From positions 27,322 to 91,321 of the forward strand of contig CAVRXV010000004.1 of NCBI GenBank assembly GCA_963725255.1: a DNA stretch of 64,000 bases, in the 5' to 3' direction. The notes below the pieces were generated by a model. The model was given only the letters and a program-made list of their open reading frames with translations. It ran no database searches and had not been told where the DNA came from. A program made the translations under genes and the position numbers. How positions within the stretch are numbered: position 1 is the first letter of the stretch; each line of letters opens with the position of its first letter. Of the stretch, positions 36,555 through 45,234 are shown in pieces. The stretch comes from an uncultured Gammaproteobacteria bacterium. GTDB lineage: Bacteria > Pseudomonadota > Gammaproteobacteria > JAIEPX01.

Positions 36555-37970
36555 ATGCGAGCATTAGAAGAAGATCATAGAGAGAATGGTGGTGGTAGCA
36601 ACGTAACGGGCTTGCCCTTGGCTGTCGTTGAAGCTGATGACGAAGAAATTTTAGAAATTCCCCGCTGGCCAGAGAACGATTTTCTTCCACCTACACAAAC
36701 TGTTCCATTGAATTTACACAGTTTTACAACCGCAGCAATTTTCATTGGTTTTCTTTTTCGTGCATTAGTTACTTACGCCAATTCATTCGAAGAAGTTCTG
36801 AGTATTTTTGATCTTATGTTATTGTTACGTCCAGCTTTTATCGGTGACAATTACTTTGTTGCACTGTTTATCACATTACTGTTTAGTGTTTCAGGTTATG
36901 TAACGTGGAGATTTTGGACGCCTGCAGTGCAAGAATATACAGCCTATGGAGTAGACTGGTTAGCAAATAGATTTAGAACACCTGTTGCAATATTTATTCC
37001 TCCAGAAAATTCTTTTTTGACTTTTATCAATAGACGATATCTTGCACCTGTTTTTGAAACTAGAGGTTGGTTGGGTTATGTTTCTGTCGCATCGAGTGTA
37101 GCGCTCGCAGGATTGGTCGCTAATGAAAATGAAGAAGGTACTCGAGAATATTGGAATATTGCAAGTCGGTCCTTTTATACCATTGGATTTAGTTTATTAT
37201 TGGCGAGTTTTGCGGTGCTTTTTTCAATCGTCACTGATTTACGCATGATTTGGCAAGACCGATTTGCTGCTGAAGGAAGACCTTTGCCAGCTCGAAGACC
37301 GGGTACCGGAACCTATGTTATTGTTACTTTAGGTATGCTGGAATTAGTGTATCGTACGTTTATTGTAACGTATATTACAACATTAGAGCTCACAGGAGGT
37401 CGAGTGAGCGCAAATATTAACGCCTTCGTCTTTACTTTTTTTGGTACCATTCAAAATTTTTGTTTTCAAGCCATTTATGCACTTGAAGGTTCTCCTGTAA
37501 TTGGAATAATTAATCGCACAATATTGAGAATGCCGCTACCCGTTAAGATTGTATTTTTAGGATTTAATGGTGTCACAATTGTGGTAATAAACATGGCTTT
37601 GTCCACATATAATATCCAAACTCTTTTAATATCTAATTTTGGAACGCCTATTATCATTGCAAGTGTTGTCGGTGGTACGCACGGCCTTTTAATAGCGTCA
37701 GGTGATTTTATTACGAGTTTTTTAGATGGAGTTGTGAGAATTACCATGGGATGGGATTTATCACCTGAGATGCGTTTTATTCAGGGTGATAGAAGTCCTG
37801 CGGCATTGAATAATTTGGTTAGGGCGGGTCGATTTAGAATAGCCTATGCGGGCGGTCAAGAGCGAAACAATGACGATAATAATCAGGCAATTGAGTTGTT
37901 AAGATTAGAGCAGGGTCATGCCGACCATGCGGCAGATACTCAAGGAAATGGTGGCTTCGGAAATCTATAG
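36555..37970 (+). CDS. Hypothetical polytopic membrane protein (orphan)
   Basis: 471 aa. Acidic N-terminal ~45 aa, then ~9-10 hydrophobic segments. No recognisable family motif. Confidence 0.6.
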   Translation: MRALEEDHRENGGGSNVTGLPLAVVEADDEEILEIPRWPENDFLPPTQTVPLNLHSFTTAAIFIGFLFRALVTYANSFEEVLSIFDLMLLLRPAFIGDNYFVALFITLLFSVSGYVTWRFWTPAVQEYTAYGVDWLANRFRTPVAIFIPPENSFLTFINRRYLAPVFETRGWLGYVSVASSVALAGLVANENEEGTREYWNIASRSFYTIGFSLLLASFAVLFSIVTDLRMIWQDRFAAEGRPLPARRPGTGTYVIVTLGMLELVYRTFIVTYITTLELTGGRVSANINAFVFTFFGTIQNFCFQAIYALEGSPVIGIINRTILRMPLPVKIVFLGFNGVTIVVINMALSTYNIQTLLISNFGTPIIIASVVGGTHGLLIASGDFITSFLDGVVRITMGWDLSPEMRFIQGDRSPAALNNLVRAGRFRIAYAGGQERNNDDNNQAIELLRLEQGHADHAADTQGNGGFGNL

Positions 37971-38227
37971 TTATGATGTAGGGCTATGAATCATTTGCAT
38001 TCAAGGTGTTAGAAGCTCTTCCTTGGAAGCATCTCCCGGTTTTAAAATCAACACCCCTAAATAGCCGGCATTGAGTTGCTGCGAGGGACTTGCTTTTTCT
38101 GAAATTACTGCCTATGCTTACAGAGTCCTAGCTCGGCAGACCCGAGAATTCCCATTTGATTAATCCCCTTTATCAGTGAATTCAGCAAAATTTTACGTGA
38201 TGAAGGTTAATTTTAGAGGCTTAAGTA

Positions 38228-38554
38228 ATGAGTAAAAACACAGTAGCTGTTACCGATGCATCATTCGAAACGGAAGTGCTGAAAGCACAGGGCCCAGTCT
38301 TAGTTGATTTTTGGGCTGAGTGGTGCGGACCATGCAAAAGTATAGCGCCAATTTTAGATGAGGTATCTGTAGAATATTCCGATCGATTAAAAGTTGTGAA
38401 ACTAAATACCGATGAAAATCCTGATGTGGCTGTAAAATATTCTGTGCGTTCAATTCCGACATTAATGATATTTAAAAATGGCGTTAATGAAGCGACACGA
38501 GTAGGTGCATTAACAAAATCCCAATTAACGGCTTTTGTTGATGAGTATCTTTAA
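38228..38554 (+). CDS. trxA: Thioredoxin
   Basis: 108 aa with the WAEWCGPCK active site. Confidence 0.97.
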   Translation: MSKNTVAVTDASFETEVLKAQGPVLVDFWAEWCGPCKSIAPILDEVSVEYSDRLKVVKLNTDENPDVAVKYSVRSIPTLMIFKNGVNEATRVGALTKSQLTAFVDEYL

Positions 38555-38616
38555 ATTAATTTCTACAACTAGTTTTGTTTCATGCAAAATTTGTTCTATA
38601 ACGAGAGAGATGAATT

Positions 38617-39909
38617 GTGGTTAAAGTAAAAGTTGAAAGTATAGACGTCGCTGATCTCCAGCAAAAGAAACCCGAAGAGCTAATGGAAATGGGTAGGCAA
38701 TTGCAAATTGATAACCTGGCTGGAAAGAGTAAACAAGTTTTAATTTTTGAAATTTCAAAAAAATTAGCTCTTGAACATCCTGAAATGAAAGCGGCGATTC
38801 ATGGACGTGGTGTACTTGAAATATTACCCGATGGATTCGGATTTTTACGATCCCCGAAAATGTCTTATTTACCAGGGCCTGATGATATTTATGTTTCACC
38901 TAATCAAATTAGAAAGTTTAATTTAAGAACAGGTGACAGCGTTGACGGTGTTATTCGAGCGCCAAAAGAAGGCGAACGATATTTGGCACTGATAGAAGTA
39001 GAAAAAATTAATTTTGACTCACCTGAAGTTGCAAAAAATCGTGTGGCATTCGAAAACTTAACCCCCGTACATCCTGATAGTCGATATATTATGCAGCGCG
39101 GTAACGGTAGTAAAGAAGACGTTACTCCGCGTATCATCGATTTGGTGGCGCCAATTGGTAAAGGACAGCGTGGTTTGATTGTTTCCCCACCAAAAGCGGG
39201 TAAAACAATGATGCTTCAAAATATAGCAGCATCAATCGCAAATAATTATCCAGAATCTTATTTGATTGTACTGTTGATTGATGAGCGTCCTGAAGAAGTG
39301 ACTGAAATGGAACGGTGCGTTAAAGGTGAAGTTGTTGCGAGTACTTTTGATGAACCTGCAACACGTCATATTCAAGTTGCTGAAATGGTAATTGAAAAAG
39401 CCAAACGTTTAGTCGAACACAAACTTGATGTTGTTATTTTATTAGACTCAATTACTCGTTTAGCTCGTGCTTACAATACAGTAGTTCCTGCATCAGGAAA
39501 AGTATTAACGGGCGGTGTTGATGCCAATGCATTACAACGGCCAAAACGATTTTTTGGAGCTGCTCGTAATATCGAAGGTGGCGGAAGTTTAACTATTTTA
39601 GCGACTGCCTTGATTGATACCGGTTCAAAAATGGATGACGTTATTTACGAAGAATTTAAAAGTACCGGCAATAGTGAAATTCATTTGGATCGTGGTATTG
39701 CGGAAGGACGAACTTTCCCAGCAATTAATATTCAACGTTCAGGTACTCGTCGTGAAGAATTGATTACAGATGCAGAAGAGCTGAATAGGATGTGGATATT
39801 ACGAAGAATTCTCCATGGAATGGGTGAAAAACCATCTATTGATTTCTTGTTAGAAAAGTTGGGTCATACCAAAACTAACGAAGATTTTTTCGATACAATG
39901 AAGCGCTAA
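38617..39909 (+). CDS. rho: Transcription termination factor Rho
   Basis: GTG start. Cold-shock-like RNA-binding domain ([14 protein letters not shown]), Walker A PPKAGKT, and the conserved trxA-rho synteny. Confidence 0.97.
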   Translation: MVKVKVESIDVADLQQKKPEELMEMGRQLQIDNLAGKSKQVLIFEISKKLALEHPEMKAAIHGRGVLEILPDGFGFLRSPKMSYLPGPDDIYVSPNQIRKFNLRTGDSVDGVIRAPKEGERYLALIEVEKINFDSPEVAKNRVAFENLTPVHPDSRYIMQRGNGSKEDVTPRIIDLVAPIGKGQRGLIVSPPKAGKTMMLQNIAASIANNYPESYLIVLLIDERPEEVTEMERCVKGEVVASTFDEPATRHIQVAEMVIEKAKRLVEHKLDVVILLDSITRLARAYNTVVPASGKVLTGGVDANALQRPKRFFGAARNIEGGGSLTILATALIDTGSKMDDVIYEEFKSTGNSEIHLDRGIAEGRTFPAINIQRSGTRREELITDAEELNRMWILRRILHGMGEKPSIDFLLEKLGHTKTNEDFFDTMKR

Positions 39910-39914
39910 AGAGA

Positions 39915-39984
39915 GAAAGGGGTCAAGTCTAAACTTATTGATTAATTAGCTAATTAATCAATAAGTTTAGACTTGACCCCTTTC
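39915..39984. terminator. Perfect 34-bp-arm palindrome between convergent rho and the MBL gene; likely bidirectional terminator and member of a GGGGTCA(A/G)(G/A)TCTAA repeat family
   Basis: gaaaggggtcaagtctaaacttattgattaatta-gc-taattaatcaataagtttagacttgacccctttc. It starts 5 nt after the rho stop codon. Confidence 0.7.
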
Positions 39985-40008
39985 TTCCGCTTCCCCGACG
40001 TGACCCCT

Positions 40009-40770
40009 TCAGAAATTAAATTCCTGTCCTTTTTTCACGAACCCTAAAAATCCGTTCTCTTTTGCATCTGGAAGATGCCCTGGATTGTAATGGTAAAGCC
40101 ACATTTTATTTTTTATGGATTCTGGAAGCGAAATAAGATCACTAAAATGAGCGTGCACGCCACTGTGTTGAGTCGCTGTTTCGCAATCTTGAAAAATAAT
40201 ATCAGCTTCGGTGTAAAATCGCATGAGTAATTGTGGGCAATATTGAGTGTCTGCAGTGTAGTAAATTTTAGTTTGATTGGCTGTGAAAAAAAGACCGTGG
40301 CAAGGAGCTAATGTAAAACCATTCATAACATGAGCTGTTTGGACCACACGAAATTCAATTCCATTCCAATGAAATGTGTCATTTTCTTTAATGCCGATGG
40401 TGTCAAAGTATGTATCTAAATGACACAATTCACCTTCGAGCGATTCCATGCTTCCTGAAAGCGATTTCTCCCAGAGATCATGCATGAGTGTTTCGGCGAT
40501 ATAGAGTTTTGGTCTATCGCATTGTTCGTCAAATTTTCGGGTAAATCCAAGCCATTCTAATCCGCCCATATGGTCCGCATGAAGATGGGAAATATACACG
40601 TCAGTAATATCTCGGTGTGCCATTTTCAGTTCATAGAGCGCATGGCGTGCATCAGAACCGCAATCGATCAATAATTTTTTATTGTCATCGGTTACTAGTA
40701 AGACATTCGAATGATAATTATTTGCGCCTATAGTGAACGCAGTTCCTGACCCTAAGAAAATCATTTTCAT
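40009..40770 (-). CDS. Metallo-beta-lactamase-fold hydrolase (possible cyclic-nucleotide phosphodiesterase)
   Basis: HxHxDH motif (SHLHADHMGG). Start moved to ATG 40770 (MKMIFLGSGTAF), 1 nt after the stop of the upstream cNMP-binding gene. Confidence 0.75.
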   Translation of the reverse strand: MKMIFLGSGTAFTIGANNYHSNVLLVTDDNKKLLIDCGSDARHALYELKMAHRDITDVYISHLHADHMGGLEWLGFTRKFDEQCDRPKLYIAETLMHDLWEKSLSGSMESLEGELCHLDTYFDTIGIKENDTFHWNGIEFRVVQTAHVMNGFTLAPCHGLFFTANQTKIYYTADTQYCPQLLMRFYTEADIIFQDCETATQHSGVHAHFSDLISLPESIKNKMWLYHYNPGHLPDAKENGFLGFVKKGQEFNF

Positions 40771-40771
40771 A

Positions 40772-41245
40772 TTATACAATCGCCGATAAGTTATCACGTG
40801 AAAGGGTAGCTACAAGAGCATTCGCCTTTTTTAAGCGTTCTGATAAAGTTAATGCGACATTATGGCTAATTTGTAGGGCATTGGGATCTTTGTCATCGAT
40901 ATCACGCAAGAAATGTTGAGCGTCTATATAGAGTAATTTTGCTTTATTTTTTGCATGCACACCCGCCGTTCGTTCTTGGGGGGAAAGCATGCAAACTTCA
41001 CCCACGTACTCTCCGGGTTGAAGTGTTGCAAGAACTTTAAGTATGGTTTTGCGATCTTCTGTTTCAAGAACCACGTCGATAGTCCCATCAACTAAAATAT
41101 ACATTCCTTTACCCAAATCACCTTGATGGAACAAAAATTCGCCTGGATCTAAATTAACTTCAATCCGGTTAGCTACCATCATTTGTAAGTAATCTTCCGA
41201 CACATTGTGGAAGAGACTATTATTAGCCAATGTTTCAAGAATCAT
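40772..41245 (-). CDS. Stand-alone cyclic-nucleotide-binding domain protein
   Basis: 157 aa. GEFLFHQGDLGKGMYILVDGTIDV ... GEYVGEVCML...RTAGVHA fits the CAP-family cNMP-binding fold. No HTH follows. Confidence 0.8.
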   Translation of the reverse strand: MILETLANNSLFHNVSEDYLQMMVANRIEVNLDPGEFLFHQGDLGKGMYILVDGTIDVVLETEDRKTILKVLATLQPGEYVGEVCMLSPQERTAGVHAKNKAKLLYIDAQHFLRDIDDKDPNALQISHNVALTLSERLKKANALVATLSRDNLSAIV

Positions 41246-41365
41246 AGTACATCCCTCTCTACAATAACTTGTTGTTGAAGCTTTTCAGGTGTTTCCTTTC
41301 CTAGTAACACCGATCAACTTTCAATACCCCTTATAACTAGTATAGACCCTTTTTTGAAATCTGTA

Positions 41366-43453
41366 TTACCCCTTGGTCGTATATCTCCATACGCCGTCCC
41401 AGTCCGCGGGGGGTGGATTTCGCTTAAATCGTTTGCATCGTTCGAGCAATAGTTTAGCCGCTTTGTCATCCGCTTGTTCTTTGAGTAGTTCGTTTAGCAG
41501 TTTAATGGCATCTTCCCATCGTTGTTGTTGGTAAGCATTAAATGCGTCATCATAACGTTTTGTGTAGTTCAAAATAGCAATGTCTGTCGTAGAGGTTCGT
41601 TCGCAAATTAATTCATATATCTTATGATGAACTTCTTGCCCCTTAACGGTGATAGAATCGAGAATTCGGAAAACAAACAAATCTTTTACCGTATTTACCA
41701 CGCTGTCACTGACGATTATTTTTGTACCATAGATTCGATTAATATTTTCCAAGCGACTTGCTAGATTTATGTTGTCACCAATTGCTGTATAATTAACGCG
41801 AGTTGATGAACCTAGATTACCGACGATTGCATAGCCCGTATGAATTCCAATTCGCGTTGGGAGTTCTGGTTTTCCAGATTCTTTCCAAATTTTATTCAGT
41901 TGTGAAAGTTTATTTTGAAATTGTAGTGCGGATATACAGGCATGATAGCAATGTTTGTCATCGGGCAGAGGGCTATTCCAAAATGCCATGACGGCATCAC
42001 CAATATATTTGTCTATGTTCCCATAATTTTCCCGAATAATTGTGCTCACAACGTCAAAATAATCGCAGAGATGCTGCATTAATTCTTCGGGTGGAATTTT
42101 TTCAGCGATCGTGGTGAAGCTTTTTATATCTGAAAAGAAAATAGTGATATCCTTCCTTGATCCTCCGATCTGATCCCCCATGCCTTTGTGTACTAAAATT
42201 CGAACAAGATCAGCGGGAACATATTTTTGAAATGAGCGTAACCCTGTTCGCATTGAATATATAGCATCGGTGAGATAGGAAATTTCTTGAATATGTGTAT
42301 CTATCGGTGGCGTTTCACTCAGGTCGAATTCGCGGATTTTTCTAGTAACCGCGACGAGTTTACCCAAGGATTTTGAAATTTGTCGTGAGTAAAAAGTAAT
42401 GAGAATAATACCGAAGAATAATATGAAGGCGCAAATCTGAATGGTAGTAATATTGGCATGTTTTAATTCACCCACAAAATCATCTTCTGGGACAACGACA
42501 ACAATGTGCCAATGTTTGTCTTTGAATCCAGGTATATTTTTGATTGAGGCAAGATAACTGAGCTTGTTGTCATAGAAAACAAATTTCTTGTTGCCAGTTC
42601 TTTGAAATTCATTGAAAGCTTTTTCTTGCCAGGATGGCAGTTCCTTTACAGAATTTAATTGTCCGTCATGATTATTTTTTTGTTGAATGTTGACCAGACT
42701 AGGGTGCGCAATTAAATTACCTGATTCATTGATAATGTATGCTACCCCTGTTTTTCCTATGATCTGACTCTTTAAAAATGCAGACAAATTTTCTAATTTC
42801 ATATCAATACCTACAACGCCTTGCAATAAATTGTTTTTATACACGGGTTGTGCGGCGGTCACGCCGAGTGTTTTTCCTGCGCCTGAGAAAAATACGTAGG
42901 CCTTAGACCAAATAAATCCTTTTTTATTAACAGCATCTTGGTACCAAGGACGAGTGCGTGGATCATAAGTGATTTTAGGTTGAGCTACCATTTTAATTAT
43001 TTTTCCTGAGCTATCACGATAAATATAATTGTCAGTGGGTGGAGTTACGTTTCGATTAATAATTTCTGATGAGATGGTGTTGTCGGATTCACGTCGTGAG
43101 ATAATAAAATTTCCTTGTGCGTCCCCCCAATATACCATTGCTGCATTAGTGATTGTTTTGAGGAGCTCCAAAGAAAAATCTTCCATTTCTGTAGGTGTGC
43201 TCAGATCGACAGTGTTTGATTCGATTAACCTTACTGCGAGATCGCTTGATTGTTCAGCGGGACTTAATACGCCATTAAGTTCGCGTTGTACTTCTCGAGC
43301 CACGGTTTCCATTTGTTGGTCAGATATAACCATTTGGGATCGATAAAATCGTAATGATGTGATTAATACGATTGCTAAAATTGTTGCAATGAATAGTGTT
43401 AGGAAAAGTCCTAAAACACTCACTTTTAAAGATATTTTGAAGTCTTTGATCAT
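41366..43453 (-). CDS. Membrane adenylate/guanylate cyclase (dCache sensor + HAMP + class III cyclase + C-terminal TPR-like helix pair)
   Basis: Start moved to ATG 43453 (AGGGA RBS; MIKDFKISLKVSVLGLF TM segment). Periplasmic Cache-like region with RPWYQDA and a second TM segment. Cyclase core: ITIFFSDIKSFTTIAE...KYIGDAVMAFWN...RIGIHTG..IVGNLGS. Confidence 0.85.
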   Translation of the reverse strand: MIKDFKISLKVSVLGLFLTLFIATILAIVLITSLRFYRSQMVISDQQMETVAREVQRELNGVLSPAEQSSDLAVRLIESNTVDLSTPTEMEDFSLELLKTITNAAMVYWGDAQGNFIISRRESDNTISSEIINRNVTPPTDNYIYRDSSGKIIKMVAQPKITYDPRTRPWYQDAVNKKGFIWSKAYVFFSGAGKTLGVTAAQPVYKNNLLQGVVGIDMKLENLSAFLKSQIIGKTGVAYIINESGNLIAHPSLVNIQQKNNHDGQLNSVKELPSWQEKAFNEFQRTGNKKFVFYDNKLSYLASIKNIPGFKDKHWHIVVVVPEDDFVGELKHANITTIQICAFILFFGIILITFYSRQISKSLGKLVAVTRKIREFDLSETPPIDTHIQEISYLTDAIYSMRTGLRSFQKYVPADLVRILVHKGMGDQIGGSRKDITIFFSDIKSFTTIAEKIPPEELMQHLCDYFDVVSTIIRENYGNIDKYIGDAVMAFWNSPLPDDKHCYHACISALQFQNKLSQLNKIWKESGKPELPTRIGIHTGYAIVGNLGSSTRVNYTAIGDNINLASRLENINRIYGTKIIVSDSVVNTVKDLFVFRILDSITVKGQEVHHKIYELICERTSTTDIAILNYTKRYDDAFNAYQQQRWEDAIKLLNELLKEQADDKAAKLLLERCKRFKRNPPPADWDGVWRYTTKG

Positions 43454-43713
43454 ATTCCCTGCTCTGTGAATCCCTGCGCATGAGATCTTCATAGACTAAT
43501 GATAGCATATGATCAGCTTGTTTGTAGGAAGAGCACCATTCAGCACCTTGACTAAAAATGGCCAAATATGGACATTTCTATCTTGTGGTTAATAGTTAAC
43601 AGCTTAAGGAAGAGCTTGCTTGTAGGGTGGGAGAATCATTATAATACCCGTTTGTCGCGAAAAGGCGTACGGCCAGGCATCGTTACGATGCACATCAGAA
43701 CTAGGAGGGATTC

Positions 43714-45012
43714 ATGCGACTTCAACATTGGATGGTTGTAGGGACAGGGCTATTGCTGGGCATATCAGCTCAGACGTTTGCTGTCACATTATCAGAAGTA
43801 ACTCGTCAAACTCTTGCAACGAATCCCGAAGTGCACGCTTCATTAGCAAATCGAACCGCTCGAGCTTATGAAGTCAATCAAGCGGTAGGTCAATATCTTC
43901 CACAATTTAGCGCACGTGCCGCGGGTGGTCGTGAACGAGCTACTAATCCCACAGTGAGAGCTTTGAAAAATTCAAAGGGCAATCTTACTCTTGATCGAAC
44001 CGAATTTTCTTTGACAGCTAGTCAGTTAATTGTTGATGGGTGGGGAGTCGGAAGCTCTATTCATGAACGTGCTTTTGATTCACGTAGCGCCAAATTTGAT
44101 TTACGGAATACCTGCAATAATGTGATGTTAAAGATGGCTGAAGCCTATCTGAATGTTAAACGACAGCGGGAAGTTTTATTTATTGCGCAAAATAACGTTA
44201 ATTCACATAAAGAAACCCTGAGAAAAATGAAATTGAGGTTTAGGGGTGGTGCGGGTACACGTGTAGATGTTGAATTGGCTGATGCCCGATTAGCTCGAGC
44301 AGAAGCTCAGTACCGTGAGTCAAAGAGGTTATTAGAAGAAGCTGAAACTCGTTATTGTACAGTCGCTAATCAAGCCCCTGCTGTTGATTTGGCAATGCCA
44401 ATACGACCTGTAAGATTCTTTCCTCGAAATCTTTTTAATGCAGTTACCATTGCAATGGAAAGAAATCCTGCAATCCTTGCATCGATTAACACCTCCCAAG
44501 CCGCAAAAGCTCATGTTGGGGTTGTTCGTTCTCGTTTTTATCCGCGTGTTGATGCCGAGTTAACCGCCAGAGCAGACAATAATCTCGATGGTGTTGAAGG
44601 TTCTGATGGCTCTGTGATGGGTATGGCTGTGTTATCGTATAATTTTATTGCTGGTGGAAGTGATGTTGCTGCTTATAATACTGCGACATTCGATCGTGTG
44701 CAGGCTCAACAAAAATCTCTCGATATAGCGCGTCAGGTGAGAGAGCGTGTGCGTGATGCCTGGTCAAATTTTACAGCGAGCCGTGACTCCATATTCATAT
44801 TTAAAGACTCTGTAGATTCTAATACAAAGGTCGTGCGAGATTACATTAAGCAATTCGAGCTAGGGCAGCGAGAATTATTTAATGTATTAGATGCTCAAGA
44901 TGATTTATATGCTGCGCAAAATGCCTTAGTTAACGCTAATTATGATAATGCCGTAGCCTATTATCGCGTCTTAGAAGCGATTGGAACAATAAGTCTCCAT
45001 TCTTTGATCTAG
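43714..45012 (+). CDS. TolC-family type I secretion outer membrane protein
   Basis: Signal peptide, LSEVTRQTLATNPEV and QYLPQFS motifs, and two repeated coiled halves. Confidence 0.85.
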   Translation: MRLQHWMVVGTGLLLGISAQTFAVTLSEVTRQTLATNPEVHASLANRTARAYEVNQAVGQYLPQFSARAAGGRERATNPTVRALKNSKGNLTLDRTEFSLTASQLIVDGWGVGSSIHERAFDSRSAKFDLRNTCNNVMLKMAEAYLNVKRQREVLFIAQNNVNSHKETLRKMKLRFRGGAGTRVDVELADARLARAEAQYRESKRLLEEAETRYCTVANQAPAVDLAMPIRPVRFFPRNLFNAVTIAMERNPAILASINTSQAAKAHVGVVRSRFYPRVDAELTARADNNLDGVEGSDGSVMGMAVLSYNFIAGGSDVAAYNTATFDRVQAQQKSLDIARQVRERVRDAWSNFTASRDSIFIFKDSVDSNTKVVRDYIKQFELGQRELFNVLDAQDDLYAAQNALVNANYDNAVAYYRVLEAIGTISLHSLI

Positions 45013-45122
45013 CCTGGATAGAGCATCACCAATCTGCTGCGAAGCACAGTAGTACTGAATCTCCACATAATTTCAGCACTCTTGTGCTTCTCGCTACGAT
45101 TGGTGATGCTCTATCCAGGCTA
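45010..45122. repeat. 113-bp extended hairpin (25-bp perfect outer arms) overlapping the TolC-family gene stop codon
   Basis: tagcctggatagagcatcaccaatc ... gattggtgatgctctatccaggcta, with a further imperfect inner stem (gcgaagcacag / cttgtgcttctcgc). Confidence 0.75.
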
Positions 45123-45234
45123 CCCAAACACTTTTCCATTAAGTGGCGAGATCTGTCGTCATGTTCTACACTTTCATCAAGGGGATTAGATAATCGTATC
45201 TAACGCCCAGTCGTGTTTCCTAGGATGGGAGGGA

